Below, in pieces: positions 14,199 through 26,200 of a DNA stretch of 64,000 nt. A program made the translations under genes and the position numbers. Within the stretch, counting starts at the first letter, position 1. Each line of letters starts with the position of its first letter. The notes below the pieces were generated by a model. That model saw only the letters and a program-made list of their open reading frames with translations, did not search any database and was not told the origin of the DNA. The stretch lies in NCBI GenBank assembly GCA_964247055.1, contig OZ176055.1, forward strand, positions 8,060,001-8,124,000, in the 5' to 3' direction. Origin of the DNA: Paragordius varius (lineage: Eukaryota; Animalia; Nematomorpha).

Positions 14199-16666
14199 AT
14201 GTCAATTTTGGCAAATCTTTTGATAACAATTATTATTTTGTCATCAACTTACAATCATGTTAATTGCATTAAAATATCAAAAAATTTTGTGAGACAACTC
14301 AAGCTAATCGGAATAGTAGAAAATGATCCTCTTTTACAAAAAATTAATTTTCACCTCTCCTAATGTCGCGTTCCTTGGGTGTGTTTTACAAAAAGCTTCA
14401 AACTGTACCCTATTACCCAACTACCAATATGTTGTACAAAAATAAATCCAATTTTTAAGGCTAAATTATTGAACGATATCTACCTTAAAAAAGAAAGAAC
14501 GTCTGAATTCAGGGAAGAATTTCAAAAAGATGTCCTTGGCAAACATAGAGGCTCCATAATTTCAATTAACCCTGCCATAAATGAAGAGGATATAGCTATG
14601 TTCATCAATTCTCGTGTTTCTCTGCACACACCGATCGAGGATATTATTCTTGACACTCCGCCTAACTTTCAAGCTTTAATGATTAACACGTTGCATCTTA
14701 CAAATGGTTGGAAAAAATCTATACTATCCAAGTTTTTTTTATTTAGCGATTTGTAAAATTAGAACTAAGTTTGGCTCTTACAGTCATATATCCTTTATTT
14801 TATCAAAAATTTATTTATTTTTGCTAAATGGGTATAAATATTTGGTAAAGAATGGTAAAAACAAGAGCTCTATGGTAATTTTTATAATTTTATGATGAAT
14901 ATGATATTGTTAATACCATAGAGCTCTTGTTTTTTTCATTTTTTAACAAATATTTATACCCATTTAACGAAAGAAAATAAATTTTAAAATAAAGGATACA
15001 TGACTGTAAATAGATGTAAATATTAATGTAGAAAATGATGAAACTTTTTACTTTAGATTGGATATTAATATTCAAATCAAGTTTACAATTTCGCTTAATC
15101 AAAGTTTATTCAGAGGCGTAGCTTGCATTTCTGGCCCCCGGTGCATGAATCCGTGATGGCGTCCCTTATTAAATTCCAACTGTAATCATGACCACTCATA
15201 AATGGGTGATATTTTATGTATTATCACTTTTATGTACTTATTATTTTTTAAATAAAATCACATAATTTTAAAATCCAAGGCTTCTTCAACTATGGCGCCT
15301 GATGCATCAGTCCCCCCATTTTTCCCTCTAGCTTACGCCTTTAGGTCTGCCCGTTTACAAACATGTCATTTTCTGAAACTGTCAAATTTATGTTTGGAAG
15401 TAGGCCCATCTATTGTAATATAGTTTTTTCAGCCTAAAATATATTTTTTTACCTATCCATAGAAATATAGTTAATAACTTTTATGGTCGAAAAATGGTCG
15501 GTCTAACCTATATGATGGACGAAAATCGGCCAGCCCGTATTTATAATTCTTCAAGCCTTCAAGCAACTCTCATCAGTTTAGATCTTATGGCTGATATGAG
15601 TTTAATCATTATTTTTCCCCATGAAATCGTGGTTCAGAACAATGCTACCATTTCATTTGCGGATGAAATTGCTAAGTTACCCAACCAACCAGAAAACATT
15701 AGATTTGCCATGCCTCACATCATAGAGGAAACGGGTCTTTTGATGGATAAATTCATCGATTTCAATAAAAATTGTTCAAAGTTTATTTTACAATTTATAT
15801 ATATATATATATAAAATTAAACTTTTTGGGTAAATTACCAAATTTAGCTACTCTTAATGTAATTTTAACGTATTGCTTATTTGGTGGTAGAGTGGTTAAA
15901 AATAGTAACTCTAACTGCTTAAGGCTGCCATTCACGGTCATAACTAGTCAATCATAACGCTTACAACTATAAATAAAAATAAGTTTAACTATATATGTAA
16001 TTTCTCCCCAAGAGTGTTTTAATATCATATGCACTAAAATTATATCATAAAAACGTTAAAACTAAAAATATTTTTTTATTTTTTAACCCTGATTTTTTAA
16101 ATATAATCCAAACTCAAGATGTAAATCGGTACCATCAATTGTAATTATACATTTTGGGAAAAATAAAGATTATAAGCAAGGTTTATTTTGCATATATAAT
16201 TGTAATTACTGTAATCTCAAAAATTTTATAAATATACATAATAAAATAAATTTTTTTCATATGATATCATATTTTGTTTATGTTCGAAAGCGGTTAGTCA
16301 GACTTTTGATTATAAATGAAATTATCCTAAGGTCGTTTAAAACTCTTTAAACAAAATATATTTTGGTTAAATTTTCATTTATTAGTAATCTGTATTTAAC
16401 CTTTTTTAAATTTATAACATTCATATAGCTCACTGACAAAAATTTTCAAGGGAAACCATGCGTTGAATTTGGATTTATGGAAACACCAAATAAAAATGAA
16501 TATAACTGAACGCGGTGTAAACGGTAAAATGTTTAAGACAAAACGTAAATATATGCCTTTCACCAATGGCATAATACTTAATAGGCCGTTTGATTACATG
16601 GTGGTACTGAAAAATACCGGTCATATACTATACTTTGGGAGATATGTAGAGCCAAAGAGTAAATGA
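14199..16666 (+). CDS. Divergent secreted serpin (~343 aa), probably non-inhibitory; 5 exons
   Basis: Exons: 14199-14288, 14320-14433, 14460-14731, 15463-15780, 16429-16666 (1032 nt, phases compatible). Signal peptide MSILANLLITIIILSSTYNHVNC. Serpin-like motifs: IFTSP, LLNDIYLKK, MINTLHLTNGWKKSI, YMM, MSLIIIFP, FAMPH, HQIKMNITERG, LNRPFDYMVVLKNTGHILYFGRYVEP. Confidence 0.8.
14781..15006. mobile_element. MITE family C, near-perfect 226-bp fold-back, TA|CAGTCAT...ATGACTG|TA
   Basis: Arms pair over ~100 bp; second copy at 40569-40790; lies in serpin intron 3. Confidence 0.88.
15111..15344. mobile_element. MITE with CAGAGGCGTAGC-type ends
   Basis: Left CAGAGGCGTAGCT, right AGCTTACGCCTTTA; internal GGCGCC/GGCGTCC motifs; serpin intron 3. 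Confidence 0.6.
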
Positions 16667-16719
16667 TATCCAATAATTATAATATTAAAATAAATAATAA
16701 TACTTAAACTGCGTTTTAA

Positions 16720-17738
16720 TCTATATATTTATAAAAATGGAAAGTGGTGGCTTTGTGATCTGTTTCCGGATAACCGGTAGACCCATTCAAATCCAAACAT
16801 CGAAAAAATATAATCATTAATGAATGCCCCGACAATAGCTTCGCCCTTTTTTTGAATTAGGCCCCCAGTTCGGGCCCACCCCGTGTTAAAAACGGTTTTT
16901 TTTGAAAACACAAGTTCACAAAAATTGTGTCTTTGAGACAATTTTCCGGAGAACGTGTTGGACCATTTAATTTCAAATATGATTTTTGTTTAGTTATTTT
17001 CGATTGCGCCGAACATAGTCGTCTCGCTTTTTTATAGGCCCTCTTTTTACCCACTCCCCCCGTAAAATGCCATTTTTTTTCAAAAAACAAAGTTCACAAA
17101 AATAAATTTTTGATTCTATTTTTCGCCCATGGTATTACCGTAAACATCCAATAAGAATTCTACGTTTCCCTGTTAAAAGGCAAAAATTTTAGTCAAGCGT
17201 TTCTTTGATGATAGCTGCTGAGTAAGGAGCTACCCGCGAAAAACTCACCCGTCATATCGATATAGCGTGCTTTTGGGGCTAAATTTCAGAAAACCTATCA
17301 GGCCATATGAGTTCAATAGCTGCTTAAAGTAATACCCGTAAAAGGTCAAAAATTTTAGTCGAGCGGATTTTTTGAATTAGCCGTTAAATAGGCCCTTTAC
17401 TCCATAAAAATGCGTATCATTGAACTATTATTTAGTTTTGAGGCCATCCTTCCATAAACTATTAGGAATGAACGCTGATTCTAGGTATAAAGGCAAAATT
17501 TATTATCTGACTACATTTTTATAATGGTCTCTAAGTAGTGAGTCGTGCCCGCCTACAACTGCGTTATCATATCGATACAGAAAGCTTTTGGAGCCAAATT
17601 TCAGAAAACTTATGAGACTATGTGAATTATTTTAAAACTTCGTGCCGCATAATAAAATTGCTTCTAAAATTAAATATGCTCCCCCCAGAAGTCCGAAGGA
17701 CTTCCTCGGGCTGCGTAGCAGCACGAGATTTACGCTAG
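16720..17738 (+). mobile_element. Non-autonomous Helitron, copy 1
   Basis: 5' A|TCTATATAT; 3' hairpin CTCGGGCTGC-GTA-GCAGCACGAG 11 nt before CTAG|T. Internal ~165/330-bp repeats, no coding capacity. Confidence 0.88.
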
Positions 17739-18672
17739 TATTAAAATAAATAATACTACTTAAACTGCGTTTTATTATATATATATATTATATATATGTT
17801 TTAATTAATCAACAAATATTGTTGCAAGTTGTCTAACTGGTTTTGTTAGGAAAAACTTATGTTTTTTTGAAAATAAAATCCTTAAAGGGCTAACCCTATG
17901 TATGCGGTTTTAGAACCGATTTAAAACAATGGTTTAAAAACAAATTAATCATTTCGAGTACAAATCACCTCATTTAAAACATATAACCATTAGAATATAA
18001 TCTAAAATAATTGCTTAAACCATTTCGATTGATTTATATTTTGATAACTCTTTTAGATTTTTTAAAACTCCACATTCATCCCAAGTGAGTCTTAATCATC
18101 ATGAGTTAAGAATGTAAAAAGTCAGCGTATTAACTGTTTCTCAAACTATAAAAAAATTTAAAATTTTTTATCATCGATAGTTTGATTGACACGGTGGCTA
18201 AAACTCAAATATCGGTTTAAACCGTGGCACGTTAATCAGAAATCGAAATTAGGATTATTTTTTCCAAAAGAACCGATTTTGTTTCAATATCTAAACCACG
18301 ATTTTTAAAAAAATAATTTTGTTTTCAATATTTTTTACAATACTATAATGTCCTTATTTATAATATTGTTTGCTATATTTTTAAATAATTTCAGTTAAAA
18401 AGGAATTGAATTAATAAACTGTAGTTGAAAGGTTGTTTCGTTACCCATCCACATTGTAAAAAAATAATTAAGTGTAATCTTTTTATTATTGTCGAATATC
18501 GAAATAGACCAAAAAATACAACCACAAGAAACCAATGTTTTTTAAAACCAAAACCGTTTCACCCGGAACCGTAATATATATACGGACAAAACCCATTAGA
18601 TGAAAAATGACTTGGTATACTAGTACAACTATTTCCCATTTACATGCTTAACAAATTATACTTGTTTAATGA

Positions 18673-19750
18673 CACTAGACAACATATTTTTCTGCCACTC
18701 GAGTTTTTTGCATTTTCTGATATTTACTATCATTTTAACAGAAAATCTGAAATAAAAATTATAATTCCACCTAAGGATTTTGTAGAATTAAATTTTTGGT
18801 TATGGACCCTCTTTATCAAAATTTTATTAATAATTTTTCTTTCAAAATATACAACAAATGCTCATTTGTAATATATATCATTTGAAAGAGTAATACAAAC
18901 TCTATTAATGCATACTATCGATGTTGTACATCGATAGTTAATATTGGACATAGGAAGCGACAAACAGGCGAGAGCGTTTTTCTTAATTAGTATATCTTTA
19001 AAACTAATGTATAAAAATAGCTCCAACTTTGTTTAGATGGCAATGAATGTCCAAAAAAGATAACAGATGATTTAAACACATTATTGCTTTATGTTATGCA
19101 AAACCTCCATTTTTAAATTTCTGTTTTTTTAAAATACTACCATATCAATATTAATTATTTTCTTTAGAAGGCTTTTAATTTAAAAGACTAAAAATATAGT
19201 TTAAAATATTCTTGATTTTTTATAATCTTTTTCTAAAATAATTACATTAATATGGATTTTAGTATCCATAGGGGAAATTTTATAATAATAATAATAATAA
19301 TAATTTTTAGTAAAAGAGCAAATCAAAAGCTTTTTCAAAGTTTTTAAAAATTATTTACTAATTTAACCCTATAATTATATTAAAATAATTTATATCATTT
19401 TTTAATTAGTTTGTCTGTGATAAATTTTGACTTATTTAAGGGTTGAATATTTTGACTATACAAACCAAAATAACTTTTACATAAAATTGATTGACTAATT
19501 ACCATTGGAAAGATTCAGTTTTTGGCGCTCTTTCCAATGATATAAATTACATGGCTCTATATCTAAAACTCTTAATTTTGAAAATTTCGAGGTTAATATT
19601 GAATCGGGGCCAAAAATTATCGATAAATCCTAATAAAAAAATTCTGAGTTGTTAGACGAATTTTTTGCAGATTTATTATTTATATACTTTAATGATGTAA
19701 ATTTTAAATTTACAATGGCAGTTAAAAAAGTCAAAATTTGTTGTCTAGTG
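18673..19750. mobile_element. Non-autonomous TIR element with CACTAG...CTAGTG ends (1078 bp)
   Basis: Ends CACTAGACAACATATTTT and AAAATTTGTTGTCTAGTG|TA; colinear with 49320-50265. Superfamily (Tc1-like vs CACTA/EnSpm) not resolved. Confidence 0.7.
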
Positions 19751-20299
19751 TAATGCAATGTTTTCCTGTTACAACATTATTTTCTCCCGGATATATAGTG
19801 AAAATGTTTTTGAATTCCACCCGATTGAATTCTAATTTTAACATTTTTAAGGCAATTCCAGCTCGTTAACAAAAAATATAGGGGGAAAGAAAGCTGCAAA
19901 ATTAGTCTTTGATTTATGTTGATTGACAAAAGGTTGTATATATCCTTTTATTAATCCAATTATATTATCAATTACAAATTTCAGTATAATTTTAAGTTAA
20001 TCTAACATTCCTACAAGAGATTTCGAAAAAACATGCACTATTCTGTAAACTATAGTATTCAATTATTCGTAATAAAAATCTCTCTGGTGCAAAAGCTTTT
20101 GTTTAAAATGTGCATAAAGTTAATTAAATTTAACCGATCCCTGGCTATTTTTCTATTTTTATTTTATCTATTTACCTATTTAAAAATATAATATGTCATA
20201 AAAAAATTTATTATCTTATACTACTATATAGCTGCTAATATATTATTTGATATGTAAAAATGAAATAAAAGCAATTATATTGAAATCCCTCCTTCCTTT

Positions 20300-23200
20300 C
20301 TACAAAACAGTCCATCCACATTCATGTCCTGCGTTGTAAAGTTCCTTTAGTTTGGCCGTTAATTCGTGTGGGCTTAAGTTTTCAAATGATTCCATGTAAA
20401 GATTATATAGTTTTAGGGCATAAAAAGCATCCTCTACCGAATCATGAGTCTCTGATTGAATCACTTTTCCTAGCAATTACAAGTTTAAAAAAAGCTTAAA
20501 ATTAAAAATTAAGTATTGAATAAAAGTTGTTTAAAGAATTACTGTTAATTCGTAAATAATGTAAAAATTTATTACATATGATTAATTTTGTATCCAATAA
20601 CTCAATATCTTTAAGAATTAAATAAACGATATTTAAAATTGCTTTAAAATCTTAAAAATATAAAATTTTTCGATTTAAAATCTTGAAATATGAAAATAAA
20701 GGTGTAAATATAGGATCAAATATATACCAAAGTAATACCACACTAAAAATTTCAAAGATATGGACCGTTTATTTGGCAATCGAAATAGTTGAGAAGTATC
20801 AGCCATTTGTGTTTTAGGAACCTAGTTTATATTCAATAATTATAATATAAACAAAATATAATTAAATTTAGCTTAATTTTTTTGGTTGAGGCGTTTATAA
20901 AAATTTTATTTTCATTAATAATTTAATTAACCCAATATTTTAACATTTTATATGTCAAATATTATGTAGATAAAAAGAGCTAAATACCATAATATTGATA
21001 ATTTGGAAATCTTTGGTAAGGTTATGTCCAACAAACGTATAACCATGATCTATGAAATATCGTAATTGAACATAAATTTTTTTCAAGCTCACCGGATTTT
21101 TATCTGATAAATGATGTAAATCTCCCAATTGAATACCACTGTATTTAGTAACGTAATCCACAATTTGATCTTCTGTAGAATAAAAATAAAGATATATAAA
21201 AGTTTTTATTAAAACAGAATATATTTTTTTATTCAACTCAACATTAATAATTTATTTTGCAGATAAGTTTAATTACAACTTTTTCCAGAACCTTAATACA
21301 TTTCACAACTATGGTTTAAATTTTATTTTATCGAAATTAATTTTTTATTTTGCTATTAAATTAAAAATGGCCAATAAATTTTATCTTATTGTACATACAT
21401 AGATAAGGGATATGTTATCTCCTAAAATGGTAAAAATATTGAGTTTAAATAAAAAAGTTAGATATAAAACAACACACAAAATTAAAAAATCTAAAATCGC
21501 TTACCAGGAACTTTTATATACTGATCAAGGAAAGGAACACCCTCAAGCAATTGTTGAGCCAACACACTTTTTTGTTCTTTCAACAATTCCTCTTTTTTAT
21601 GGGAATTATCAATTCCATTTTTGCCATCATTCAATAAAAGAAGTTTTTCACGGACTGAAGGATAAAATCCGCGAAGACAGGTTATACGTGCCACACCTAA
21701 ATGACCTTGTTTAAGGGTGGTGTGAGACCCGTCCATGTTTAATATAGTTTCAGTCTTAACAAAAAATTGAAATTAAAAGGCAAATATTTTTTAAAAGACA
21801 ATATAATATTTTTCTCCTGATATTCCTTCCCTCCTCTATGAAATTATGATTTTGAAAATTTTACAACACAAAACAATGAAATATATGTAAAAAATCATAG
21901 TATAATCGTCTTTTAGTTTATACACTGGCCTTTCTTTATAATATTATATTTAATGTAAAGGATTATTTATATATAACTTTGATGATAAGAAATTCCAAAA
22001 TTTTAAAATACAAACGGAAAAGATAAAGTAAAGTTAAGATAAGGGGTAAAATACATTGAATACAAGGTTTTTAGGTAGAGTAATTAAATATTGACCTAAT
22101 ATTTTTCAATCCGTAATTTTTATTATAGGGTTGAGGAGAGACCCTTTACTATATGATTTAGAATCTCCTGTTTATATTGGTTATATACCATTTATAGTTC
22201 AAATTCACCCTTTAACAATTTAACCCATAAACAATTAAAATTCACCCTAAAAATAAAGTATGTGCTTTCGGACTAATATAACTCATTATTAATATGAAAT
22301 ATAGCTTTCTGGCATAGTTTATTATTTTTTTAATATTATATATAAAAATATAGGTAATTTTTGATCTTAAAAAGCATATAAATTATTTGAGGGTAAATTT
22401 GAGTTATTCGAGGGTGAATTTGAATTGTTCAAGTAAATTGTCAAAGGGTAAATTGGAATTGTAAATGGTATTTATAAAAAATTAATCTGAAAAAATGAGT
22501 TGCTTCACCACTTACCATTAAAATGTAATAAAAAATTACTTCAAGTACTATTTCAAACTTTACTGTTTATATACGAAATAAAATTAAAATTTGGCTCCAC
22601 CTGATTTAAAACAACGAATTCGGCATCGAGTGCTATAAAAAATTCATGGGGGTTAACATGTATTTCCTTGTCAAAATTTAAGGGTACAAATCCAAATTGG
22701 CTTTCCTTTGGATCTAAAAATAAAATTTAAATAAAGTAATTTTTAATAAAAAATATTGTTAAAATAATTACTACTAACTTTTTATAAATGTTTCCGTCAT
22801 CAAACTTTTTACAAGTTTTAAATCAATCGGATTCTCATTTTTGCTGTTTAACATGATTGTATCGAGATCTCTAGAGACGTAATAAAAAATTGAAGGTTTT
22901 TTCCAACAAGGTGAAAAATCTAAGGCATTTTCCTACGATATGTAATTTAAACAAAGTTATATAAAATATTTTTATATATAAAAAACTATTAAAAACGCGA
23001 ATTATAAAATAAAACCTGATTCAAGATAAAGACACAAAAATTGTTGAAAAGAACCCAATTTTTTTCATGAGGATATACGTTCCGTGATTCCAGCCACATG
23101 ATATCAACTAAATGGGATCCTATAAAAAGTTTTTTCGCATAAAAGTTATAAATCAATTTTCCGATTTAAAAAAATAAATAAAGTTTAACCTTTATGTCCT

Positions 23201-26200
23201 TCATCAATTTCTTCAATAATACCCAAGATTTCGTAATCCATACTGTTCATTTCATTTGCCTTTTTATTACGGTAAAAATTAAAATCAAAAAGAAGAATAA
23301 AAACTATAAAAAATTTTATAAGGAAAATAAGAAGTAATTATTATTGGAATATAATTACATGTTGTACCAATTAAAATCTATATTCCATTTTTTAGAAGAC
23401 AACTCAAAACGATATAAAATTAAGGATTAAGCCAGCACGCTTTATAAGTACGCAAAAATGCTCTAAAAAAACTTTAAAAAAATATAAAAAATGGTAACGA
23501 TTTAGAAGTAATATCATTCAAAATTGGGCTCAAAATACCTAAAAGTCAATAAAATTTACACAAGCTACGAAAATATTTGTATTAGAGACCCCTGGTTTAG
23601 GTGTTATTGCTGCGTTTATAAAATATGGGTCCTTTAGTTTTTACGTTTTGTCGTTATAAATTAAATTTTACTGTATTTTGATCATCCTTATCTATTCCAT
23701 TATTAAAGTTTATAGTTGTATCATTTGTTGCTATTTGTTCATTGATTTTAAGGGTAATTTCAATTAAATTTGCTTGACGTGCATTTAGACATGATTTTGA
23801 TATGGTTTCAGCATCAAATACATGCTTAAATTGTTGGATAGAACTCTCACATATATTGACAATCAAAATGTGAGGTAAATGAATAATATTCCTTTGAAAA
23901 TGCTAGAAAAGTACACAGTAAAAATTGAAATTATACGGACAAAATGTAAAAATATAAAGACAAAAATTTTTTTTCAAACGACAACCATACTTTTTTATAA
24001 ACCTTTAATTATCCTATAAAAAACATTTAATTACAATCTTAAAATACATAATTGATTATGTTACCAATTTACATTTCTATATTATACTTTCTAGTATAAA
24101 AGAATGAGTTATATTTTTAAAAATAAGATATGAAAAGTATGGTTAAAAAATATATTTCTTTATATTTTTACGTTTTGTCCGTATAATTTCAATTTTTATT
24201 AGATATAAAAAATAATCTTTAATAAGTTTTTTTTTTAAAAAAATATTTTTACCAATGATTGAAATTTTTGACAGTTTTCACACCAAGCCCGGGATACACT
24301 CCCGTGAGATATGGCAAAATTAATTAATTCAGCCATCGATGATGATTGATTGTCGCCATTTTTATTTTTGTCTTATTATAGAAACAAATAAATTATTTAT
24401 ATAAAAAAAATTCCCCTTATTTATTTGAAATTGGGAGATTTAGAAAAAAACACAGTAAAAATTGAATGTATATATACGGAGACAAAACGACAAGTATTTT
24501 CTTTTTTCAAAAGACACCCCATACCTTTTTAAACCTTGATTTTTCGTATGTAATTCATTAACTTACAATTATATAAAAATATATTTGATTGTGTTACCAA
24601 TTTACATCTCTATGTTTGATAAAAACAATAAATATGTAATAAATATTCAAATAAATCAAGTTAAAAAAAATATTTCTCTTAATATTTTTACGTTTTATCC
24701 ATACAAATTTAACTTTTACTGTATCTTTTAAATGACGGATGCAAATTCAAATATATATACCATTTACAGGTCAAATTTACCCTTAAACAATTCAAAATTC
24801 ACCCTCGAACAATTCAAATTCACCCTTGAAGAATTCAAATTCACCCTAAAAATAAATTATGTGTTTTCGAACTAATATAACTCATTATTAATGAGAAATA
24901 AATCTTTATGGCATAGTTTATTATTTTTCCAGTATTATTTAGATTTAAAACAAAATTTTTATTTTTTAAAAATAAATAAAAATATTGGGTAATTTTTAAT
25001 CTAAAAACATATATTTTATTTGAGGGTGAATTTGAATAGTTTAAGGGTGAATTTGAATTGTTTAAGGGTGAATTTGAATTGTTCAAGGGTGAATTTGAAT
25101 TGTTTAAGGGTGAATTTGAATTGTTCAAGGGTGAATTTGAATTGTAAATGGTATAATTTTCATCCTTTTCATTTATTTAATACATACAGAAACCATTATT
25201 TTCTCTAAAAAAACCAAAAAAAATTTTTTGTTAATAAATAAACTTTTCTTCGTGTATTAAGCAAAAATAAAATTATTTTTTTTACTAAAATTATCAAAGG
25301 TCTCCTTTCCCAGTGTAATAGTGTATCCATATTCTATAGTGGTTTGTTGTGTTTGACATTCACAACATTTGCTAACAACTTTAATAGCGTGTTGAAATAA
25401 TTCTCTAATGATAGATTCTGTTGACCTTAATATAGTGTTTTTGTAAAGAAATGGTGTTTTAATTCAGAAAAATTAAATATATAGTTTAGGTTAATTTAAA
25501 AAAATTTTGCTTTTTTCAAAAATAATTTATAATATATATACCCCATGGAGTTTAGTGAAAATTCTTTGTCCAAATACGGCAGTAAAAATCGATTGAAAGT
25601 TTGGATTAATCCATACAGCTAATATAAATCATAATATTTATTTGTTAAGTAATATAGAATCAAAATGTTATTTCTAATAGACATTATCATTAATTAAAAT
25701 CGTATAATTTTATTTTTAATGTAAATTGTCCTAATATAGTGTGAAATAAGCAACCACTAAAATGCATACTGTAATTGTTCATATATATATAAAACCAACA
25801 TGCAAATATACATTTTTTAATTGATGTTATTAACTCAAAAATAAATAAAAAAATTGGATAAAATTTACAAACATAATGGGGTTGATTGAATAAATGACTA
25901 TATATATATATATCAATAATTTAAGCATACAATCAAGATACTTGAAAATTAAAATAAGCTAAATAATCGCAAAAATGATCATGAATTTTGCTCAAAGAAA
26001 AAAGTTAATAAACTGGTAAAAATGGGTCAACTCTAAAAAACAGCACAAAAAGCTATTTAAATCTATATTGTGAATTTTACAAACCATAACTCACAGGGAT
26101 TTGGAAATGCTTATGGTTATTAATTGGAATTAAAACAACAACATAAATAGATTATTTTGTAAATTTTCCAAATTCAAGTACCATTTACAATCCAAATTCA

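Noticed and set aside
14361-14363. Stop-codon reassignment or readthrough as an explanation for in-frame TAA codons
   Set aside because: All genes end in ordinary TAA/TAG/TGA, and the internal stops are explained by introns or a frame change.
14199-15960. Reading as an intronless secreted-protein pseudogene broken by stops and MITEs
   Set aside because: Two micro-introns and two long introns give a complete, phase-consistent serpin, and both MITEs are intronic.
16729-17090. Short ORFs repeated at 16729/16857, 47612/47707 and 55962/56362
   Set aside because: They all fall in the Helitron 5' block; frames and stops are not conserved between copies, and there are no Rep/helicase motifs.
25021-25145. 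CRISPR-like array
   Set aside because: The repeats are contiguous with no unique spacers, the context is eukaryotic, and there are no cas genes.
24841-25208. ORFs with NNSNSPL / RVNLNC heptad repeats
   Set aside because: They are translations of the 21-bp subterminal repeats of MITE family A.
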